Shown here in pieces: positions 10,371 to 20,961 of a stretch of DNA of 64,000 nt (its first letter is position 1; every line of letters starts with the position of its first letter). Both the position numbers and the translations under genes were made by a program. Below the pieces are notes generated by a model. It saw nothing but the letters and a program-made list of their open reading frames with translations. It was not told where the DNA came from and made no database searches. The stretch is from Caecitellus pseudoparvulus (Eukaryota; Protista; Bigyra: Bicosoecida). The stretch is from assembly GCA_965644315.1 (NCBI GenBank), contig CBFFRQ010000044.1, positions 333,817 through 397,816 of the forward strand, read 5' to 3'.

Positions 10371-12847
10371 TCACGCACTGCCCATCAGCTGCCCTGTCAC
10401 AACCACTCGCCCCTCGCGTAAGTCCGCCTCCATCTGCTGGGCGCGGAAGCTGAGCCGGTTGCCAAAGTACACGTCGGCCAGCCCAGGCACAGCCTGCACC
10501 GCTGCGAGGGCTTCCAAAGCTGCCGGTGTGTCTCCCGCCTGGGCGGCCTGCGCAGCTCGCTCAAAGTGGTAGAATGCGGGGCCCCAAAACGCGTGGCTGC
10601 TGGGTGAAACGCGACCCTCCTGCACCAGCTCTGCCACGGCGCCCAAGCAGCGCACCTGCTGCTCAGGCCGCTGCACCTCCCGCAGCGCAGCCGCTTGCAC
10701 AAGCTGTGCAGCTGCCAGGTCTTCGTCTGCAAAGGCACACTGTGGCGGCTTGGCGCCAATGCCCAGGAACCCTGACGAGGCAGCCTTGTGTGCTGTGTGT
10801 GCAGGAATGTAAAGTGCCGCAACACGCCCCTGGCGGTGTGCCAGCCACCCCGTGGTCCACTGCAGGGCATACTGCACAAGGGGCGTGGAGGTGGGGAACG
10901 TGTTCCACAGGTACGCCAGCTCCAGCGCCGGGGAGAAGAGCAGAAAATCCGCGTGACCAGGAGTGTGCGTGGGTTGGCTGGTGCTGGCGGCGTCAGCCGT
11001 CGCCGCCGCTTCCGAGCCGCCGCTGGCGCCAGGCGCTGCTCCTGGCAGCGGGCTGGCACGTGCGACAGAGTTGGCATCCTCCCCACTCAGCAGAGCGGCG
11101 ATGACCCGTGCAATGTGCCGCACAGGGCCACCAGCGTGGGCGGCAGCGGTACCAGCAGAGGCACCGCCTTCACCGCTGCTCGCACCAGTGGCAGGGCTCA
11201 AGGCCGTCTCCACATCGGGCCACTCGACGCTGGTCGCAGAGGCTGCTGGCAACTTGCTGCGGAGACCTGCGTAGGCTTCCCCAAAGCGCTCCGCGCGGGC
11301 CACTGCCCACGCTTCAAATTGCGGAGTGCGGCCGCCTTTCGTCGTGGCCAGGCCTGGCACTGTGGCGAAGACAGTCGCTGCGAAGTGCACATCCCCCGAC
11401 TGCAGGGCAGCCGCCGCCTGGGCAAAGGCACAGAAGCACTTGGACCAGGAGGACTCTGCTGCCAACTTGCCGAAGAGCACGGTGGCGGTGCGGAAATCCA
11501 CCTGCAGCAGCGCGCACCATGCCAGCTCGTACTCACACAGCGCACGCAGGGAGGTCCACTGGCTCTGCGCAGCGTGAGCACGTCTGTAGGCTGCCGCGGC
11601 CTCGTGCACCGCCCCCGCAGCCCGCAGCCACCGGCCCTGGTACCACTGAAAGACGGCTGATGCAGGGTACAGAGTCAAGCAGCGCTGCAGAATGCCGCCC
11701 GCTTCGACGAGCCCCTTGCCGTCCCCTCGCGTGTGGAACATGGCCATTGAAGTATGGAAGGACATGAGCAGGAAGGAGGCGAAGATGGCGTTCATGCTGC
11801 CGGTGCCCAGCGCCAGGCGCAGGGATGCAAGGCCGTACTCGCGATCGCCACTGAAACCCCACCACTGCGCGACAGCTCGGCGTGAGGGCGGCAGCAGGGC
11901 CAGCAGCAGGTTGAACACGCCAGAGCCAAATGCGATGCCACCAGCCACGACTGGGTGCAGGTTGGGCAGGCGCTTCCGCAGTGCAGCGCCGATGGTGCAA
12001 GGGAACGTGCGTGGTGTTGCGGAGCTTTGGTGCGGTGGTGTTGGCGGTGCTGCACCTTCACTGGGCGGCTGCGGAGGGGGGGCACCCGCTGCTTCAGACG
12101 GCAGGACACCGTACACAGCAGCCACGTCCCCTGTGAAGGGTGGCAGGGCGTCGCCCAACTCAGCCACCAGCGCCGGCGTCAGGCCTGCCGACTTAGCAAG
12201 GCCGTTGAACGAGTTGTACGCTGAGCGCAGCAGCATGGCACCAGACAACGCCTCGCTCCACGTGGGCTCCAAGAACATCAACAAGGCGGACAGCACGCTG
12301 GCCTGGGCTTCCACCTGCTGGTACAGCAGTTTCTCGTTGTCTGCCGCGCCGGCGCCAGCGACTGCCTTGCGCCCGTCAAACTTGGCTGCGCGTTCTCGAA
12401 CCGCCTGGAAAGGGCGACGCGCTGGAGTGCAAACACGGCGGTGTCGCATGCAGTGCAGTTCAGCATGCCCTCGAGTCATTCATGAAGTGGGGGTGTGGAG
12501 TACGCAGCACCTGCCGCTGCCAACCCTTGCTTTGGCAGGCGGACTCACTTTCAGCTTCGCTTTGCCCTCTGCCAGATCGTCAGGCTCCTGTGTGAGAAAA
12601 CCCCGGATGAAGGCGTAGAAGGCGTCCGCGAAGGCGCCCTGGATGCTGTGCATGCGCGTGTGGCGTGGTGGTGAGCTGCGGATTGTGCACGGCTTTGCAC
12701 CTGCCAGCACGGCACACACCTGTGCTCCGCCAACACGCCCAGCTGCGCCCGGGCCTCGTCGAACTTGTTGGCAAACACATTTCCAAATGCGACGGCGGCT
12801 GACTCTGCCGCGTCGTGCATGAAATCGCGGTCTGCAGCGGCTGCCAT
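10371..12847 (-). CDS. TTC39: TTC39/Iml2-family (DUF3808) TPR protein; exons ~12847-12720, 12645-12549, 12404-10371
   Basis: Family-like motifs GIAFGSGVFNLLLALLPP...GFSGDREYGLASL, YPASAVFQWYQGR, LCEYELAWC, SSWSK; two GT-AG introns join an N-terminus with NKFDEARAQL. Confidence 0.85.
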
Positions 12848-12997
12848 GCCGGCTGGTCTGGTGTTGGTGAGGCACACGAGGTGGGGCAGGGAAGTTGGTT
12901 GAGGGGCCAGGCGGAACAGCAGGCTTGGACAGCGACGAAGATGGTGCCGGAATCGTGTCCTTGTTGAATTGCACAGGGTAGTCCCCGCTCACCTCCT

Positions 12998-14236
12998 TCA
13001 CGGTGCCGCAGCGCCCTCCTCAGAGTCACTGCCGCCACCACCAGACACCCCAGACAGCGTGTCTGTATCACTGCTGTCATCAGACGCAGCTGCCTCGGCT
13101 GCCATGCGCTTCCCACGCTCAGCTGCTGCCTGAGCCGCTGCCGCCTTGGCTGTGGCTGTGGCAGCAGCACTGCCGCTCAACGCCAACTCGTCACTGCTCA
13201 CACGGCTGTTGGAGCGGCGGTTGGCACGGGCAGGTCCACGAGCACCCCCCCCCTCACCCCCCTCCTCTTCTTCCTCTCCCTCGTACGTCGTGTCACGCCG
13301 GCGGTGCAAGTACCACGCGTCATCGTCCACGTCATCGCCGGGCCCACGCAACTTCCCAGCACTTGCTGCCACAGGGCCCCCCTCCCCTGCGTCACCCCCC
13401 CTCTCCTCCAGGACCAGGGGCCCTCCCCGAAACGTCACACTGGCACCTCGCGCCTTCGGTTCAGGTGACGCGGGCGGTGACTCGCCCGCTGCACCCTGGG
13501 GGCTGGGCGGCGCCACATCGGGACTGCCGTCTCCATCCCCACCGCGGCCCCCGCCCAGCGTGATGGCAGGGGGATGGGGTGCCTCGGAGGATGCTGCCCG
13601 GCCCGTGGCGGGGGCGGGGTCCCCCAGGCTGCTGCTGGAGAAGCGGTACCCAGCCGCCAGTGCAGGACTGCCGCCGGCAGCTGGGGCAGAGGGGGGGGCC
13701 ACGTGCAGGGCTCTTGCTCCCACGGCGTCCCCCTCACCGGGCTCTGAGACAGGGGGCGCTGCGCTCTCTGCAGCTGCCTGGGCGGCCTGTGCAGCCGGGC
13801 CTGGGTGGGGCGGCGGCAGGGCAGTGGAGGGGGGAGACGCCGAGCCCAGCTGCCCTGTGCTGTCAGCTGACAAGAGGGGGGTGCGCGAGTTCGCCAGGGT
13901 GGAGTGCTGGGGGTCGTGAGGGGGGGTCGCGGCAGCCTCCCCTCGTGCGCCAGGCGCCGGTGGCAGCGGGAACTGAGCCGGCGTGGCTTGAGACCGCAGG
14001 CGGTCCTGGCGCACACGGCAGAAGAAAATAATGCCACATGCAAGGACCATGAGGCCCACAAGTGCGCCTGTCAGGCCGAACGCCACCTTCTCGCCCTCTC
14101 CCAGTGACAGACGCCGCCGCAGTGTCGGCGTGGCAGGTGGTGAGCCAACGCCGTCGCCCGGCTCCAAGGCGGAACCCGCCACGCTCCAGGCAGCGCCTGC
14201 CAGCAGCAGCATGCAAAAGGGCGCACATCTACGCAT
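12998..14236 (-). CDS. Signal peptide + single transmembrane helix protein with low-complexity cytoplasmic tail
   Basis: MRRCAPFCMLLLAGAAWSVAG signal-like start, RRRL, TM VAFGLTGALVGLMVLACGIIFFC followed by basic RVRQDR, then Pro/Ala/Ser-rich and acidic tail. Confidence 0.7.
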   Translation of the reverse strand: MRRCAPFCMLLLAGAAWSVAGSALEPGDGVGSPPATPTLRRRLSLGEGEKVAFGLTGALVGLMVLACGIIFFCRVRQDRLRSQATPAQFPLPPAPGARGEAAATPPHDPQHSTLANSRTPLLSADSTGQLGSASPPSTALPPPHPGPAAQAAQAAAESAAPPVSEPGEGDAVGARALHVAPPSAPAAGGSPALAAGYRFSSSSLGDPAPATGRAASSEAPHPPAITLGGGRGGDGDGSPDVAPPSPQGAAGESPPASPEPKARGASVTFRGGPLVLEERGGDAGEGGPVAASAGKLRGPGDDVDDDAWYLHRRRDTTYEGEEEEEGGEGGGARGPARANRRSNSRVSSDELALSGSAAATATAKAAAAQAAAERGKRMAAEAAASDDSSDTDTLSGVSGGGGSDSEEGAAAP

Positions 14237-14523
14237 TGTGTGTGCAGTGCTGGCCTCAATGTCCAGGCTGGCCAGCGCGAGAGGGCTGTGTCGCGGCCGA
14301 TAGGACGGCCGTCGCCGCGACTGCCACACCACCCGCAGCCTCACCTTGTGGGGGGCTCCCTTTGGCGGGGCAGGGGCTTGCGAAGGGGGCGGACCACGGC
14401 ACGAACTACCAGGCGGAATTTTTGTGCCAGTTTCGAACATTTGCATTCGCGGACGGTAGTTGAATTTGCCCGTGGCGCGCGGCATGTGTGAGGCGAGAGC
14501 ACGAGCAGCGTCAGTCCGCCGCC

Positions 14524-15942
14524 TTATGCGGCCGCGGCAGCGGCTGGGTTGTAACTCCACGCGACCACCTGCCCCTTCTCGTAGCAGGGGAAGAACACGG
14601 TCGCGTAGCCCTCTGCGTCGTACAGCACGCTCTGCCACCCAGCTGTGCCGTGGCATGAGCCGATTTGCGTGAGAGTGTAGTCCCACGGGTCACTGGCGCC
14701 GGCGGACGGGGGTGTCAGGATGTACTGCCCCTCTGCGCCGTCACCAGCCACGGAGATGAGGGGGCGGGGGGAGGAGGAGCCCACCGCTGCGTTGGTGGGG
14801 TGAAACGCAGCAGCACGCCCAGGCGACGCCTGGCCGATGCCTGGCAAGATGGTCTTGAACCCCACGAACAGGTCATGCCGTGTCCAGGCTGCAGGGTCTG
14901 TGAAGGCGCCCGGGCCCGAGGGCACCTCGTACGCGTACACGCCCGACAGAGATGCGTTGTTGACGTGGTTCGTGACGAGCACCTCCGTCTTGCCGTCGCC
15001 GTCCAGGTCCACGTGCTCCAGGGCAAAAGCAGTGCCGATGGATGCATCCACCACGGTCTTCACCACGGTCGCAGGCGTGACGCCCGCCCAGCAAGCCATG
15101 CTGCCGCCTGCCGGCTCTGCTGTCGTGGTGGTGAAGGCGGGGCCGCCGCGAAGGCGCTGTCCCTGCGCAGAGCCAGGCGCGCCGGCCTGGCCAACTGACA
15201 ACACTGCGAAGCCCGGGCCCCCGAAGAAGTCCGCGAAGGTGATTTCTTCACAGCCATCGCCGTCCAAGTCCTCGGTCTGGAAGAACACGCCCGGGGAGTG
15301 TGTTCCGTTCGCGATGACGTGTTCCGTCCAGGGCCCTGAAGTGGTGGGGTTGCTTGCCGGCTGCTCCAGCCACAGCATCTCAGCTGCCTCGGCGCCGATG
15401 AGGGGCTTGGTGGCACGCGCCGTCAGGATGTCCAGGCGCCCGTCCCCATTCATATCGCGCAGCAGCGTGTGGTGGTAGAACCAGCCGCCCAGCCAGTTGC
15501 CCTTGGGCGCTGTCAGCGTCACGGTGCGCTGCAGGCTCCAGTCCGCGTTCAGCTGCAGCAAGCGCACGGCACCCTGTGACTTGCCTGGCACCAGGAAGCC
15601 ATCTCCCAGCAGCAGGGCTGGTTGCGGGCCAATAGCGCCAGGGGGCACGCTGGTGACGGTGTTTGGCCAGGTGAGGTTGGAGGTGATGGTGGTGGCGTGC
15701 ACCGAGGCGGGGAAGGGCGTGGATGTCAAGTTCCGCACAATGGTGAGGGCGCCTTTCTCAAAAGGGTCCCCTGTGAAGGACGTCACCACCATGTGTGGCC
15801 CTGGCTCCGTGCCTGGCAACGAGTGCAATGACGTGAAGGCTGCGTTGGCCACGCTGAAGTTGCCCAAATTCACTGGGACCTGGGACGCGCTGCTTGCCGC
15901 GACAGATGCCGCTAGAAGAAGTACTGACGCAGAGGTTCGCAT
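14524..15942 (-). CDS. Secreted FG-GAP/VCBS-repeat (beta-propeller) protein
   Basis: Signal peptide MRTSASVLLLAASVAASSA; three Ca-binding-type motifs DMNGDGRLDI, DLDGDGCEEI, DLDGDGKTEV. Confidence 0.85.
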   Translation of the reverse strand: MRTSASVLLLAASVAASSASQVPVNLGNFSVANAAFTSLHSLPGTEPGPHMVVTSFTGDPFEKGALTIVRNLTSTPFPASVHATTITSNLTWPNTVTSVPPGAIGPQPALLLGDGFLVPGKSQGAVRLLQLNADWSLQRTVTLTAPKGNWLGGWFYHHTLLRDMNGDGRLDILTARATKPLIGAEAAEMLWLEQPASNPTTSGPWTEHVIANGTHSPGVFFQTEDLDGDGCEEITFADFFGGPGFAVLSVGQAGAPGSAQGQRLRGGPAFTTTTAEPAGGSMACWAGVTPATVVKTVVDASIGTAFALEHVDLDGDGKTEVLVTNHVNNASLSGVYAYEVPSGPGAFTDPAAWTRHDLFVGFKTILPGIGQASPGRAAAFHPTNAAVGSSSPRPLISVAGDGAEGQYILTPPSAGASDPWDYTLTQIGSCHGTAGWQSVLYDAEGYATVFFPCYEKGQVVAWSYNPAAAAAA

Positions 15943-16218
15943 GGTGCAGGGTGCTGTGACGGCTGGGGGGGAGTGTGGAGCCGGCAGCGGGTGCGTGCGG
16001 AAATTGAATGCACTCCTCGCTGGCACAGTGTGACGTGGTGCTTTGGCACAGCGCGGACAGGGGGCCGGGCGCTGTCTAGTGCTGGGTGTGTGCTGGAAGA
16101 TGTGACGTCAGGCATGGCTGTAGCCATGTGCCGCACGTCTCCATGTTGGTGTAGTTTTGAGTGTGCGGGTGTGCTGCCTTGCTTGCTCCTGGTCGTAGCT
16201 GAAGATTCCGCAGTGCAT

Positions 16219-18297
16219 TCACGCAGCAAGCACACCAGCCGGCACACCGAGCCAGACATGCGCCAGCCCTTTTCCTCGCATCAAATCCGCCAGCTCCCGA
16301 TTGTCCACAGCAGTGCGCGGCGCTTGCAGCGTCCCGCCTGCCTTGGCACAGGCAGCCGCCCACTGCGACGGCACGTTGTGCTCTGCCTGCGCCCTTCTCC
16401 CCGCCGAGCTTGCCGTGGAGGGCGCAGGGACGAGGAACCAGCCCATGTTCCCTGGCGCTGCGCTGGCCCCTGCACAGGCGAGTGGGATGCCGTGCTCCGA
16501 GCAGGGCAGCGTCACCCAGCGCCCGATGGCGGCGGCCGCATCCCACACTGCACCGTGAGACAGGGGGGGCAGAGGCACCGTGGCGGCCATGGCAGGGCAG
16601 GCAGACGTATTACGCGGCTCAAAGGGCGCCCAGGACCACACCGCCGCCGCCGCCAGGTCAGGGCTGACAAGGTCCGCCTTGGCCACAGACACGCCACACG
16701 CGGCAGCAGTGGCCAGGTTGGGCGGGCCAAGCAGCCCGTAGTCAGCGGGGCCCTTGTAAAAGGGCGGCAGGTTCATGCTCTCACCGTCCAGCAGGCGCCA
16801 GGAGCCAGGGAACGGCCCACCCGAGCCTGACCCGCACGCCGGGTACGCCTGCAGGTGCGGCAAGGTGTTGGCGGTCCACCCAGGCCAGGTGGGGTCCAGG
16901 AACACGGATCCCGTGGCAAGTGTTCCTCCTGATCGCGCCATGACCTGGGGTCGCACTGCAGACCCGTTGAAGCTGCGCACTCCCCGCATGGCAGCGGGGG
17001 ATGGCCAGGAGCCGTTGAACAGCTGCGTCTGCATGGCAGGTGTCAGCAGGCGGGGTCCCAGGGCAGCCTGCAACGCATCATGCACGGCCTGCTCCCGCCC
17101 CAGCAGCTGGTGCTCTGAGAAGTCGTTGAGACTCAAGAGGAGCGTCGCGTTGGGGTGCTGGTCCACCCACTGCCCCACCTGGGTCAACGCAGCCGTTAGT
17201 GGCGCGTCATGGGGAGTGCAGCCGATGTCCCAAGCTGAGAAGGTGGTGTTCCAGTGCAAGGCGCGCTCGATGGCTGCGATGATGTCTTGCAGGCCTGGGA
17301 TGTCGCCTGCGCCGCCGGCGTGGCAGACGCGCACCTCGCCGAAGACGAACCAGGGATCGAACATGACCCCCCGCACACCCATGTTCAGCTGGTCGGGCAC
17401 TGCGAAGGACTGCTGGTTCCACACCCACTGCGCCGAGCCGTTGGTGGCTGCGGCGATGGCGTCGTGCAGGGCACGGAAGAAGGCCACCTCCCCCGCCCAC
17501 ACGTCTGGCGCTGCGTTGAAGGAGTTGTGACTCGTCAGCCACTGCACCCACGGCAGCGGCAGGGAGTCTTGCAGTAGGCGCTGCGAGCTCAGCGCACGGC
17601 TGGCCCAGGCCCTGTAAGGCGTGCTTGAGACGTTCACCGTGCCTGCCTCGCACAGCCCCCATGCGTCCAGAGTGCAGGGCGTTTCGGCACCGGTTGCCAG
17701 GAGCCAGGGCAACAAGCCAGCGCCAATGTCCAGTTCGTCGCCGGCAGAGGGGGCTTGACTGCCCCTCGCACGTCTGAAAGCTGCTTTTCGCATGTGCATG
17801 GAAGTGGAATAGCTTCTCGTCGCCTCTTGTGCTGCCAGTTGCTCAGCGTGTGTGGGCCGCACCGCTTGCACTGCAGTGCCGTGATTCTGGTGCAGTGCAG
17901 CACAGGGCGCCGACGTTGCCCGCCGCACCATGCAGTGCAGAGTGGTTTCTGAGGGAAAGGCGATGTCGGCAGGCGTTGAAACGTGCCATGCCCGCACAGC
18001 CACACCACCCTGCACGCTCCTGACTGCCCCCGACAGCCTGCACACCGCCTTGCGTTGCGCAGCGCCCAGTCGCCCTGGCACCTCACGGCACTCCCGCGAT
18101 AGAGGGCGTTGTAGCCAGACGTGCTGCTCTGGCGGGCGCCCAGCATTGTGAGCTGCCAGGACAGACATCCACAATGGCCAGCTGCGCACGGCCTCGGCCA
18201 GGGCCTGGGCGTGGTCATCTTGCTCGCCCGTTGCCAAGGCCAGCCACGCTGCGAAGCCGAGCAGCAACGCCACTGCCCTGTGACCCGCCATTGCCAT
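16219..18297 (-). CDS. Secreted PLC-like phosphodiesterase (PI-PLC X-domain-like) with Cys/Trp-rich C-terminal domain
   Basis: Signal-like MAMAGHRAVALLLGFAAWLALA; catalytic-type motifs WLTSHNSFN, NQQSFAVPDQLNMGVRGVMFD, VCH; C-terminal WSWAPFEP...GRW..C...AC. Confidence 0.8.
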   Translation of the reverse strand: MAMAGHRAVALLLGFAAWLALATGEQDDHAQALAEAVRSWPLWMSVLAAHNAGRPPEQHVWLQRPLSRECREVPGRLGAAQRKAVCRLSGAVRSVQGGVAVRAWHVSTPADIAFPSETTLHCMVRRATSAPCAALHQNHGTAVQAVRPTHAEQLAAQEATRSYSTSMHMRKAAFRRARGSQAPSAGDELDIGAGLLPWLLATGAETPCTLDAWGLCEAGTVNVSSTPYRAWASRALSSQRLLQDSLPLPWVQWLTSHNSFNAAPDVWAGEVAFFRALHDAIAAATNGSAQWVWNQQSFAVPDQLNMGVRGVMFDPWFVFGEVRVCHAGGAGDIPGLQDIIAAIERALHWNTTFSAWDIGCTPHDAPLTAALTQVGQWVDQHPNATLLLSLNDFSEHQLLGREQAVHDALQAALGPRLLTPAMQTQLFNGSWPSPAAMRGVRSFNGSAVRPQVMARSGGTLATGSVFLDPTWPGWTANTLPHLQAYPACGSGSGGPFPGSWRLLDGESMNLPPFYKGPADYGLLGPPNLATAAACGVSVAKADLVSPDLAAAAVWSWAPFEPRNTSACPAMAATVPLPPLSHGAVWDAAAAIGRWVTLPCSEHGIPLACAGASAAPGNMGWFLVPAPSTASSAGRRAQAEHNVPSQWAAACAKAGGTLQAPRTAVDNRELADLMRGKGLAHVWLGVPAGVLAA

Positions 18298-18577
18298 GGT
18301 GGCAGGGTGTATACGAACAGTGCGGGGCAGAAAGGGGCGGCCAGAGACGTCCCAGAAGCTCGCGCGTGTCGGACAGGCGTCCTGAAATTGCGATGCCACC
18401 ACAAGGTGCCTGACACTAGGCAGCGCTGCCAGCTTCGTCTGGCAGTTCGGACGGCCCGGGAACGCACAACCGGTCACCAGGCACTTTCACAAAGACGACA
18501 GCAACCGTAACAGGACCACACGAACGGTCCGGAGCGAGTTTCCAAGTTTGCTGAGACAGCCCACCCCCTCTCCCACC

Positions 18578-20075
18578 ATGGGCGCAGTGGCTTCCCGGGC
18601 AGCGCCAGGTGCCGCTTGCGCTGCAAAAGCTGTCTTGCCGGCCATGGCTGGCGCAGCTGCCATGACGTGGCTGCCTGCTGTGCAGTGTGCTCCCAGCATG
18701 GATGCAGTACGTGGTGCCGTGGCGCTAGCAGTGCTTGCACTTGCACAGAGCGCGCGTGGGTGCCTGCACAGGCGTTGGCTGATGTGGATGCGGATTTAGA
18801 AGAGGACGGCGAGGGCTGGGAGGGAGGCATTGAAATCCTGGACTACGCCGAAATGGCGGCGGAGAAGACCATCTCAGTGAACCACACGGAAGGTCTCACT
18901 GCCATCGTCAGCGTGCCCTTCACTCGGCTGGAGGACTTGGACGCTGTGGCCACGACACGGCCCAACTTCCTCCTGCAGCACCTGTGAGTGCGGAATACGA
19001 GGGGGACTGCGGACGCAAAGTCTGCACACGTGCGCCCTTCCCACTGCACAGGATGATGCTGGGGGGCCCCAATGGCAGCCAACTGCAGTCCACCATCATC
19101 AACCAGCTGGATGAGAAGCATGTGCGTCGTGTGGCGCCGAGCCGCTGCCACCCTCGCCTGCCTGCACTGGCTTCTGCGCACCCGCCCAGGCCATCACCCT
19201 CACGGCCATTTCACACGGGCCCGGCACGCTCATGTTCCTGCCCAACATCTCCTACCCCATCCTGGACGGCGTCACTGCCAAGTACCAGTGCTTCGTGCGT
19301 GTCCCAGCAGCAGCCTGCACAGCGTGAGCGACAGCTCGCACACTGCGCCCTGCCCCTCCTCCCCCTCAGTTCGCGAACACAAGCGGAACACCGGGCATCG
19401 ACGCAGGGCAGTTGTCCCTCAGCACCAAGGGCTCGGACTACGCTCTGGAGGCCACTGCCACGCGGGGTGATCGCATGGGGGGTGATGCGTTCAAGGTGAC
19501 GTACTTCCAATCCGTCGCACGTGCGCTGGCCCTGGGCGGAACACTGAACATGCAGGTGGCGAAAGGCTCCTGGGCGGCGCCAGAGGCCGTGTCTTGGGGC
19601 CTGAACGGGGCCTGGCAGAGCGCTGACATGTCCCACGCAGTGCTGGGAGAGTACGATTCCGCACAGAACGAAGTCATGGCCGCGTGAGTGCGCTCGCCGG
19701 GAGCACCCCAAACCGGCACGGTCAAACACCACAATGACGTCTTTCATGCGCAGGTACCACCGGCAAGTCACCGAGAAGCTGCGCATGAGCGCCAAGTGGA
19801 CGCGTTCTGAGGCGCAGGGTGACGTCGTTTCATTCGCGGCAACGCAGCCTCTGCGCATCGAGCGCATGCTGGGCAACGCGCCCTACACCACCGTCACGGG
19901 GCAGGTGGACGTGCACGGCCTGGCTGCGTCCCTTTCCGCCAAACCTCACGCCATTATCAAGGCCAGTGTGGATCACATGACGCTGCAGGGCATGGGGGCG
20001 TTTGCGCTCAGCGCAACCTTCGACGCACACCGCAAGGAGTACTCATTCGGAACACAGTTCCGCCTCAGTGCTTGA
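18578..20075 (+). CDS. TOM40: Tom40-like mitochondrial outer-membrane beta-barrel (eukaryotic porin family), multi-exon
   Basis: Exons with amphipathic beta strands (VTYFQSVARALALGG, YHRQVTEKLRMSA) and C-terminal FALSATFDAHRKEYSFGTQFRL resembling the Tom40 last-strand beta-signal; several GT-AG introns (e.g. 18707-18771). Confidence 0.75.
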
Positions 20076-20191
20076 AGAACACGCGGTGCATTGGGTGGGT
20101 GGCGTGCTGCGCCGGGCGGGGCAGGCCGCTGTGCAGCCGGCAGCGAGTCACACTCACCGCGCTGCGGTGCATCGACAGCCGCAGTGCAGCG

Positions 20192-20658
20192 TCAGGGCCA
20201 CAGCAGGGCCAGCCAGCCGAAGATCATGCAGTAGCCACCGTAGGGAGCCAGCTTGCCCACCGCCCTGTCCCCTGCCAGGGCGACGGCGTAGCACGAGCCA
20301 GAGAACAATGCAACGCCGACAGACATGAGGCCGATGCCGATGGCACGGCTTTGCACTGGCCAGTTGGGGGATGACGCCAGTGCCACGGCATGCAACAGCT
20401 GATACAGCACTGCAGTCTTCCAGATCTCAATGAATTCCTGTCGCGCGGGAGCGAGGGGGAGGGCGGTGCAGAGCGGCGTGGTGAGGTCGGACACAAAATC
20501 CGCACCTGCGGCGTGCCGCCCACCAGGTCCTCCCGTTTGGCAAGGATCTTGGGCAAGGCATGGGAACCAAAGGCACCCAGGAGGATGCCCGACGCGCCCA
20601 GCACGCCTGCAATTTGCAGCCCACTGGGGGCGGACTTCAGCAGTCCAGACCACGACAT
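20192..20658 (-). CDS. TMEM256: TMEM256/DUF423 (YgdD-like) small membrane protein, one intron
   Basis: GASGILLGAFGSHAL...WKTAVLYQLLH...GVALFSGSCY...LAPYGG...GW motifs typical of DUF423. Confidence 0.9.
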
Positions 20659-20961
20659 TGCACAGTGACGCAGCAGCGGAGGACGGCAGGGAGGTGCAAA
20701 GGGGCCAGTCACTGGGGACCCTGCAAGCATGAAAAGGGCGTGTTGGCGTGGTGAAGAGTGCACTGGGTTTTGTTCCAGCCATGGGGTGGCGCGCAGTGCA
20801 GGTGTGCAGACGTGGCAGTGTTTCGCCGTGTCAATTACCGCAGCAGGCACTCGCCGCCGACACAATTCACTGCAGCAGCGCTCGCCTTCCACCTGCCCGC
20901 GCCCTCCTGTGCACGTCTACACTGACCTGCTTTGGCTGCCGCCTTCCGCCCTCCCTTCGTC

